This document shows, piece by piece, positions 10,446-18,372 of a stretch of 21,089 nucleotides of DNA. The translations under genes were made by a program, and so were the position numbers. The stretch comes from Fimicolochytrium jonesii (Eukaryota): NCBI RefSeq assembly GCF_025526975.1, contig NW_026515676.1, positions 806,001-827,089 of the forward strand. The letters run 5' to 3'. A model generated the notes under the pieces. It had not been told where the DNA came from and did no database searches. It saw nothing but the letters and a program-made list of their open reading frames with translations. The first letter of the stretch is position 1; each line of letters begins with the position of its first letter.

Positions 10446-11416
10446 TGTTCGGTGGAGGGTTCTTTGATGTCGACGTTGGCGGCACGGGTGGTGGTCTTGT
10501 TCTTGACGGGGCAGACTTTTGCAATGTGCCCCGCGCCACCGCAGTAAAGGCAGAGGTTGTTGGAAATGCGGCGTTGGCGTTCCTGAGGGCTCAGAGGGCC
10601 GCGGGGACGAGCGGCGTCAATCTGCATAGGCTCGCTGTGGTCGACAGTGTTGGTAGTAGTAAACGAGGTGTGGGGAACCGGGAAGGTCTGGCGGCTTCTG
10701 TTTCGCTCCAGGCGGCGCTCAAACAGCCGGTTATCGCACTGGATAGCCTGCTCCATCACCACATCAATGGTGGCCGCAGGGGGCATTGTGAGCATCAGGT
10801 CTTTGACGTCTTCTTTGAGGCCACGGCGGAAGGTAGCAATCAGGGCCTGGTCGTTCCAGGAGACATCGCATTGTAGCTGGCGGAACTCAGCGACGTACTC
10901 GGTTGCTGCACGGGTTTGGCGAAGGTTCTGGAGCTTGTTTTCAGAGGTGCGGACCCTGTCGCTGTCTCCGAAGACCGATTGCATCTGACTGATAAAACTA
11001 TCAAAGTCCTGAAGGCTGTGATCTTGGCGTTTGACTAGGGGCGCCATCCAGGCTTGCGCAGTGCTGGTGAGGTAGGTGTCAATAGTTTGGATCTTGATGA
11101 TGTCGCTGGGGTAGCGGTCGGGCTGGAGAGCAAACATCAACCGGATGTTGTTCAACCACCCACGGAATTTGCTGCGGGTACCATCAAACTTCTCGGGCGA
11201 GCTGATTCTTGGCTCCAGAGCAGGGTTGGCGACTTGGGGACGGGTGTACGTATCGGCTTGAACCTGGGCGGCGATGCTCTGGGCAGCTTGTGCGTCGGCT
11301 TGGGCTTGCGCTAGGTTGGTCTGCAAGTTGGCGTTTTGGCTTTGCAAGGCGGCGATGGCTTGGCACATATCGTTCCATTGCTTGGCGGTGAAAGGTACGG
11401 ATTCGGGTTGGGACAT
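10418..11416 (-). CDS. gag: Retrotransposon Gag (332 aa), intact ORF
   Basis: PEKFDG capsid motif, major-homology-like LRQT..ATEYVAEF, EPMQID, and CCHC knuckle CLYCGGAGHIAKVC. The start is the first ATG after the PBS (11416). Confidence 0.92.
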   Translation of the reverse strand: MSQPESVPFTAKQWNDMCQAIAALQSQNANLQTNLAQAQADAQAAQSIAAQVQADTYTRPQVANPALEPRISSPEKFDGTRSKFRGWLNNIRLMFALQPDRYPSDIIKIQTIDTYLTSTAQAWMAPLVKRQDHSLQDFDSFISQMQSVFGDSDRVRTSENKLQNLRQTRAATEYVAEFRQLQCDVSWNDQALIATFRRGLKEDVKDLMLTMPPAATIDVVMEQAIQCDNRLFERRLERNRSRQTFPVPHTSFTTTNTVDHSEPMQIDAARPRGPLSPQERQRRISNNLCLYCGGAGHIAKVCPVKNKTTTRAANVDIKEPSTEQGFPKVQPQ

Positions 11417-11475
11417 GGCGAAAAAAAGGTTTGTCGGATGCAGGGCTGGACATGTTCCGAACTTCGCAGTGTTGG

Positions 11476-11485
11476 AGCAGATCAA
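11476..11485 (-). other. Primer-binding site, self-priming type
   Basis: TTGATCTGCT lies 2 nt inside the 5' LTR boundary. It has no TGG tRNA-type start and is perfectly complementary to AGCAGATCAA at 11622-11613 in the LTR. Confidence 0.78.
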
Positions 11486-11487
11486 AC

Positions 11488-12025
11488 TGTTATGATCTCG
11501 ACGACGGGGCGGAAGCGAAGTAGAGAAGACAGGGCGAGTGTGATCGGCGACAAGAGATTGTATTGGCGAAACAAGAAACAAGGACTAGAACAGGAGATGA
11601 GAAGAACTGGTGTTGATCTGCTGGGGAGGAAGGGAATGGACGAAGAGAGGCCGGCTATTTATAGATAGGCAACCCAGCAGATCAGAGAACAACAACAACA
11701 AGAGGGGACTGGGGGGGCGCCAGCTATGCTCCTAGAGTGTGCGTGGCGAGCGTAGAGAGCATTGCTACAGCTGCTGGCTATGGGGAAGTAGTGGGGGGTG
11801 TGGAGAAGCCGAGGGGGGATTGGCAAAATGAGAGGAGAGAGGAGGAGTGGCGATATTGCAAGAGGATTGGCAAAATGAGAGGAGAGAGGGGGAGTGGCAT
11901 TGACATGGTCATTGACACTGACATTGACACTGACATTGACATTGACATTGGCGTTTGACATTTGGCGGTTGACATTGGCGGCTGTCAGTAGGTAAGCTTA
12001 TGGTATGGGCGCGTCGTCCATAACA
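11488..12025 (-). repeat. 5' LTR (538 bp)
   Basis: TG..CA ends, TSD on the outer side, PBS on the inner side. U3 holds a (GTCAAT)n hexamer array. Confidence 0.97.
11656..11663 (-). promoter_or_regulatory. LTR TATA box (TATAAATA)
   Basis: Lies about 34 nt upstream of the inferred self-primer / transcript 5' end, and is conserved in the three closely related LTRs. Confidence 0.65.
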
Positions 12026-12030
12026 TTCAA

Positions 12031-12132
12031 CCTCTCTCGTATGCTATCAAGCTTTACCAATTTTCGTCGCTGTTGGCGCTCATCTCAAATTGCGATGGAA
12101 GCTTTTGATTGTGATCGTCTGGACTTTGCCAT
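12031..12132 (-). pseudogene. Tet-like dioxygenase, 5' part of exon 1
   Basis: ATG at 12132 gives MAKSRRSQSKASIAI*DERQQRRKLVKLDSIRER (34 codons), which continues in frame through the TTCAA target site into 5431-5383. There is a TGA at 12085-12087. Confidence 0.6.
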
Positions 12133-12262
12133 GGTAGTTCACTTGAGGTGAAAAGTGGATACTCGAGTTAGCTGTGTTCTGGGGCGATAGTGAGTTGTGG
12201 GGATTCGGATGTGATTGCCGTCGTCATGGTGGGAGTGCTTCCCAGGGTGCACGAGTGGACGT

Positions 12263-12397
12263 TCGCGAGGCCGTCCCAAAACTATCAGCCTCAAGCGATG
12301 CCTTTTCCATATCGCGAGGCCGTCCCAAAACAATCAGCCCTATCAGCCTCAAGCGATCGGCTTTGTGTGCGGCTTCTAATTCTCGGCTTCTAATTCT
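12263..12397. repeat. Cluster of short direct repeats
   Basis: A 37-bp unit at 12263-12299 is repeated at 12312-12357 with an internal 9-bp duplication. CGGCTTCTAATTCT occurs twice at 12370-12397. Confidence 0.85.
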
Positions 12398-13675
12398 CAC
12401 CTATAGTGGTGCGGACCGTTCCTTCCATGTAGATGCACGGTGTGAAGGTACTGGCCTCACATCGCCGTCGCCCAAAGCAGCCACACCTATGGGTTCTGAG
12501 TGCATGCGTCGGGTCGCCTTGACGGGAACATCGTCGCCGGGCACATCCTTTTTTAATTCCCCATTTTTATCCTCACCCTGACTCTGGCGTCTGCTCACCT
12601 GAACAAGCCGGCTCATTTTGTGTGGCGTAATCGCAATGTCTGTAAGCGGCCAATATAAGTAAACATAGGAGTCGCTTATCAAGGTATCGACATCGACGAC
12701 AGGAGCTGCCGACTTATTATACACTTCGAACAGTGGCACCAGCCTGAGAATCTATATTCCTGGAGACTAGGCAGACAGTCCGACTTGCTTTCTTGTTCTC
12801 CGACAAATCAAGCGCAAGCCACGACTCAGGGCGCTTCTCACCATGTTCGCCCGCTGTCCACGAGCAGCCTCAACAGCCTCTGCGGGACGGTCATCCCGTC
12901 GCTCTTCTGGCAAGTGTCCCAACGTAACTAGCCATGCCACCCGCTCAGCTCAACGAATGCCGCAAAAGGCAACGGCCAAACAAGGTCAGCAGGGAATAGC
13001 GTGCCACTAAACAGAACCGCGGATGGGAAATCAGCTGAGGGGAAATCAGCTGGCAAGAGGAGGTCTCAATTCTCAGCATCTGCAACCTCGCCAGGCCGGT
13101 TTTTTGGAGTGACGGTAAGATGCCCTACCATTTGTCATAAACTGGCGGGAGCAGGTCTCGTAGGACAACGGTTTCTGACCTTTCCTGTTCCATTAACCAG
13201 AACACAAAAAGACTTAGCAGTAGTCGGCAGAGGAAGCAGATGACTGAGCGAACTCTATGTAGTTTGCAATGCTGTACTGTGAAGTATGTATTGTCTTGTG
13301 TAGAAAAGTCTAAAGTGTAAAGAGGACGCGAGGTCCGAAGGGGAAGAAAAGAGTGAAGTCCCGTACGCGGAAGCGTGGCGTAAGCGGGAGGGGAGTCACG
13401 TGAGGAAATAAACTACGGGAACCCTAACCGGGGACTCGGGAGGATGGAAACACTCCCAAGGGTATCGCGGAAAGTCTCCACATGCAGTCGGCTTCGATAA
13501 TGCTAACGAGAATGGTGAGATGCGTGGATCTGGACGATCTATGATGGAGTCCACCATTGGTCCCCTCATATCGCCACCGTTTGTGACACCGGAGGGTCTT
13601 TGGCATCAGGAGCATACCATAAAAGCATAAAAGCGAAGCGCTGTCGTACTGGCGCCATTGTTTCTAGGCAGAAAG

Positions 13676-14219
13676 TGTTATGATCTCGACGATGGAGGCG
13701 GAAGCGAAGAAGAGATGACAGAGCGAGAGCGATAGGCGACAAGAGATTGTATTGGCGAAACAAGGAATGAGAACTAGAACAGGATGTGAGAAGAACTGGT
13801 GTTGATCTGCTGGGGAGGAAGGGAATGGCCGAAGAGGGGGCGCCTATTTTTAGATGAACAACCCAGCAGAGCGAAGAACAACAACCAGAGGGGGCTGGGT
13901 AAGCGCCAGCTATGCTACCTAGCCTAGAGCGGGCGTGGCGAGCGTAGAGAGCATTGCTACAGCTGCTGGCTGTGGAGAAGTATTGGGGGTTGACAAATGG
14001 CCAGAGATTGGCTCACAGATGAGTGGGGTAGAGGAGGAGCGGCGATATTGCGGGGGGATTGGCAAACGAGAGGAGAGCGGAGGAGTGGTGTTTGACATTG
14101 ACATTGACACCAACATGGACATTGACATTGACATTGACATTGACATTGGCATCGACATTGGCGGCTGTCAGTGTGCTGTCGTGAGGTATGCTTATGGTAT
14201 GGGCGTGTCGTCCATAACA
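13676..14219 (-). mobile_element. Diverged solo LTR of a related subfamily (544 bp)
   Basis: Same TGTTATG..CATAACA ends and internal blocks as the other LTRs, but visibly more diverged in U3. The flanks GAAAG / GGGCT do not match. Confidence 0.92.
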
Positions 14220-14814
14220 GGGCTGGTGGCGAGGTTGCCCGAGGATTTGTATGATATGCTGGTGAGGCATCCGTTCAATGTGGGCATTTATGATGTTGTT
14301 ATGGGGGAGAGGGGGGAGGACAGGGGGGAGGTGGGTGAGGGAGGAATGGAGTGGGCGGAGGCATGATGGATGGGGTGTACAATAGGAGTTGATGGATTCC
14401 AGTGGCAGATGAGCGGTTGTCGTGTACATTCTATGTTCATAGTAGATATCTTCGAATGCGAACTAAATTTTGACATATGTACCATTTCGAATGTACGTTA
14501 ACAACTGTGCGATTATCGCTTGATGCCTACATATATGCTACGAACTTCTTTCTCCCAAAGGCCGTTCTCAGTCACTTCACCTGCGCAATCCGATTTACGT
14601 ACTGTACGTAGTGGTCGAGTAAAACGCGATGAGAAATGGTAGAGCTCCTAGTCGCGACGGGTTAGGGTTGTGACTGGTTAGAGTGGAAAAGACCAGCGAC
14701 GGCGCCCATATTACTTTGGACAAGCAACCATAGCATCCAGACCTGGTCGTCGGTCTTACCACCATTGGTTTATTATCGCACGGTGATTCGATACTGGCCA
14801 TCGTTCTCCCAACA

Positions 14815-17273
14815 ATGGTATCGTTCTCCTGCTTCTACCCTCCTCGGGATTCGCGGATAATGTCCGTCTAACCCCGCAGATTCGTTTAGATCATCAGGGT
14901 CCACAGCAAGGAGGGACGTTCCAGGGTCGATGTCGAGCCCAGCGAAGATATCGTTTCGCTGCGGAATAAGGTATGGCCTGCGAGCAGCTTGGACATAGTT
15001 ATGAAGTGGACACGTTTTGTCCTGATTGTCGTCCGATATGCAGATAGCGGCGGCGTTGAAAGTGGACGACAAGTCGCTGTTGATCTCGACAGACTCGAAG
15101 GGTGCACAGGTTGTCTCTGTACCGGCGGGTCAGCCGGTTGGTGGGCTTGGATTGAAGTAAGGACCGCTGATGTGCATGTTTTGCTTGATAGTGCAAGGTG
15201 GAGAATGGCTGACAACGTGATCCTAACACAGACATGGCGACATTCTTTATGTGGATTTCAAACGTACCGCTGCGGAACCCGCCGCGTCGGCATCGGCGGT
15301 GACGTCGACTGGGGCACAGGAGCCTCGTCCGGTAGTTAAGCAGGATGCCATCGATGATGGTCTGGAAAAGCAGCCGGGGACTATCAAACGAGGAAGAGAC
15401 GCGAGATTGTACGTGGAGAAGCGAGGATGCAGCCATTGTTTGTCTTTTGTACTAACACGCATTGCTACAGCTGCAAACATGGCGCTTCCGGAATGTGTGA
15501 ATACTGTATGCCGTTACAGGTGTGTGCGCGAATCATGAAGCTGGGCTTCGCGTTAACATGTCACTAACTCAATCTGCACTCTCGTAGCCATGGGACGCGA
15601 AATACCTTGAAGACAACAAGATAAAGCACATGTCATTCCATGCATACCTACGGAGACTGACGGATCAGAACAAAACCGCACCCCCGACGAGTTCCCAGTT
15701 CCTGTCTCCATTGGAGGAAGCTGAGATGAAGGTGAAAATACCTTGCCCGAGTCGAACGCACGAGTCGTGGCCGAAGGGGATTTGCACGAAATGTCAGCCC
15801 AGTGCGGTGACACTGCAAAGCCAGGTAAATTTCTCTCTATCCAATGTGCAGCATGGTGATCGTGGGCTGAGCTGTTCATTTGCGCACCAGAATTTCCGCA
15901 TGGTGGATCACATTGAGTTTGAAACGGCAGGAATGATCGACAATTTCCTCAAGTACTGGCGTGCAACAGGGTATCAACGGTTCGGTTACCTCTACGGCCG
16001 CTTCGAGCCGTACGCGGAAGTACCGCTGGGTGTGAAAGCGGTCGTCTCTGCCATTTACGAACCACCACAAGAAGGCGCATACGACGGACTGCAGCTAACC
16101 CTGCCAAACACGGAAATGGCCGCCGTCGAAGAGATAGCTGCGCGACTCGGGCTCGTTAAAGTGGGCATGATCTACACGGATCTGACGGACGACGGGAGGG
16201 GGAAGGGGACGGTTATCTGTAAACGCCATGCGGACTCGTACTTTCTGTCCTCGGCGGAATGTATCTTGTCAGCGGAGATGCAGTTGAAGAACCCGACTGT
16301 GAGCAAGTGGTCGGCTTCGGGGAAGTTTGGGAGTCGGTTCGTTACTTGTGTTATGACTGGTATGGACTTCGTGCTGTAGCGCGTTCATGTGTTGCGAATG
16401 ACTGATTGACATCCTGGATTCTGCAGGAAACGAGGACGGCGGCATCGACATCTCGACCTTTCAGGTCTCCAACACAGCGATGGCGATGGTCCGGGACGAC
16501 ATCATCGAAGCCTCCGTCGAACCATCCCTCGTGCGTGTTAAGCAGCTTACAGACGAACACTACGTTCCCGAAGTGTTCTACAAGTACAAAAACAAGTACG
16601 GAATCATGGTGCAAGACGCTGCCCGGCCCACATTTCCTGTCGAGTACCTCTTGGTGACGGTAAGTACAATCAAGCTATCCGTTGGTGGAGAAACCCCCAG
16701 CCACTAATGTGGTTTTGTCAATCTTTCAGGTAACACACGGATTCCCGCAAACCCCATCCCCACTCTTCACCTCCCCCCTCAACTTCCCAATCGAGAACCG
16801 ACCCGGTGTCGAGACGCAGGATATGGGCGCACTGCAGCGACACCTTAAACATGGCTCGTTGACGGATATGTTGTCTGATTTCCATTTGCTGCATTATTTG
16901 CGGGGTGTTGGGGTTGTTGAGCAGGTATGACTCGCATATCATTTTCGTCTCACCATTGTGACCAGTTGCTTGTTACTGATTTGGTTTTCTGTGATAGTCT
17001 GACATGCAACTCGCAATAGACATCGCCAAAGCCCACTTGGAACCCCTCGCCACCCAGTTGGTCCAGCGGCCTTCCTGGCAGACTCTGGAGATGATCATGA
17101 AGGAAACGGTTGGCGCGGGACCCGTTTCCTCCGGCCCATCCACGTCCAGCTCAGGCGCGGCAGGACCATCTTCTGCTGCTGCGGCGAAAGCGCCGTGGGC
17201 ATGTAGGCATTGCACCTTTAGAAATCCGGGCGGGGTGGCGAGTTGTGAGATGTGTGGGTTGCCGAATGAGTAG
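14815..17273 (+). CDS. NPL4: Nuclear protein localization protein 4 (Cdc48/p97-Ufd1 cofactor)
   Basis: Exons 14815-14817, 14890-14970, 15044-15156, 15232-15408, 15471-15519, 15588-15824, 15891-16359, 16427-16659, 16730-16924 and 16998-17273 splice in frame. Motifs: MIIRVHSKEG and HGDILY (UBX-like); CKHG..MCEYC and H..WPKGICTKCQP (zf-NPL4); QRFGYLYG..AIYEPPQ..GMIYTDL (MPN-like); C-terminal NZF finger. Confidence 0.95.
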
Positions 17274-17741
17274 GGATGGGGCGGGATGGGATGAAATGTG
17301 TCTTGGGGGTCTTGGGGATCTGTACGTTCTTTTCCTCTGATCATGTTTTTTGTTTATGATGCTGACGCTCTGGCCCGCTTTTGAGAGGTTGCTCTTGAGG
17401 TCTGCAGGAGGACATGATTTAGTACCCATCCTGTCTGAATCGTCATATCTATACGTACTTTGGGGCCGGCGCGCCGACCCTTTGCCACTACTGTTATCTT
17501 GGTGATGATTATGATGAGGATGTACCGATGGCCAACCCAAGATTGGCAGCGAACGTCGACTTTACAACTGTGGTATCTGCAACAACTGTAGGAACCCTGG
17601 TTCTCCCATCACCCTTGGTCGTGACATTCAAGCCGGGGCCCTCTTTCGTTTCTTGATCCACCAATACTCTCGCTATGATCACCGACCGGCATCGAATTGC
17701 GCTCCTGAGGGTTGATAGCAGCTGGGCAGATGTAGTAGTAG

Positions 17742-18372
17742 ACTCCGACCAACCTACAGTAGGCTGCCAGATATCTGGTTACGACGGGTTGTTGAGCCTC
17801 CCTGTGCAACCCCAGAAGTCACCGGCGAGCTGTCAGTCCTGCCCTGGGCTAGCGGTCGTGCTGAAAGGATTTGCATGGGGGTCGGCAACTTGAGCCGGTG
17901 ACTATGCTCGGAATGATGTGTCCTTGGGGCGTCGTAACCTGATATCTGGCAGCCTACTGTACTGTACATCAGGAGGACGAGCGTGATTGGAATCTGGAAG
18001 CAGTGACTTGGTGATGACCGTCGGGATGAAGCCGTCGGTGCGCCATACATATGTCCCATGTGCATGCGCAGAGGACACCGTTCAGAGGAGCACCGTCTAC
18101 ATGCCACATCCATCATGCATCTCTCCTCAACCCCCAAAAACAACTGCTCGTAACCAAACATGACACAAAAAATCATATTTTCCAAAAAGAGATCAGGGGT
18201 TGAAAAAAAAGTGGGGGGACACAACCATGTACAAGTAATTTTGCCTCCACAACTGCCTGGCAGAGCTGAAATGGGGACAACAAATAAATGCAAGGAAAGA
18301 AATGCGGTTAAGATACGCGCGATACAGTATAAGGTATGGGTATAAGGGGGTACGCAGAGTGCAAGTTTTTCT
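17742..18372. repeat. ~430-bp dispersed repeat, copy 2 (interrupted by a MITE)
   Basis: 17742-17753 and about 17964-18372 align to 3592-4025. The right end coincides with the CUL3 stop codon. Confidence 0.9.
17757..17959. mobile_element. 203-bp MITE, Tc1/mariner(pogo)-type
   Basis: 30-bp terminal inverted repeats CAGTAGGCTGCCAGATATCWGGTTACGACG (17757-17786 and 17930-17959, one mismatch) and a TA TSD (17755-17756, 17960-17961). It is absent from the paralogous site near 3605. Confidence 0.92.

Larger units (their letters stand above)
5432..12025 (-). mobile_element. Ty3/Gypsy LTR retrotransposon (chromovirus), full length but decayed
   Basis: Two 538-bp LTRs with TGTTATG..CATAACA ends, a 5-bp TSD TTCAA (5427-5431 and 12026-12030), and gag-PR-RT-RNaseH-IN-chromodomain order on the minus strand. 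Confidence 0.97.

Noticed and set aside
11417..11581. 55-aa N-terminal extension of Gag
   Set aside because: It lies in U5/PBS and begins at a non-ATG codon. The first ATG is at 11416.
5432..12025. Two tandem elements sharing a central LTR
   Set aside because: The central LTR has its own TSD, lacks a PBS/PPT, and interrupts one continuous pol frame.
14659..14669. GGGTTAGGGTT telobox-like motif upstream of NPL4, and ACGCGT at 3555-3560 upstream of the GNAT gene
   Set aside because: Single short matches expected by chance, with no supporting evidence.
14773..15436. Minus-strand ORFs of 99-145 aa
   Set aside because: They overlap NPL4 exons 1-4 in antisense and run through its introns.
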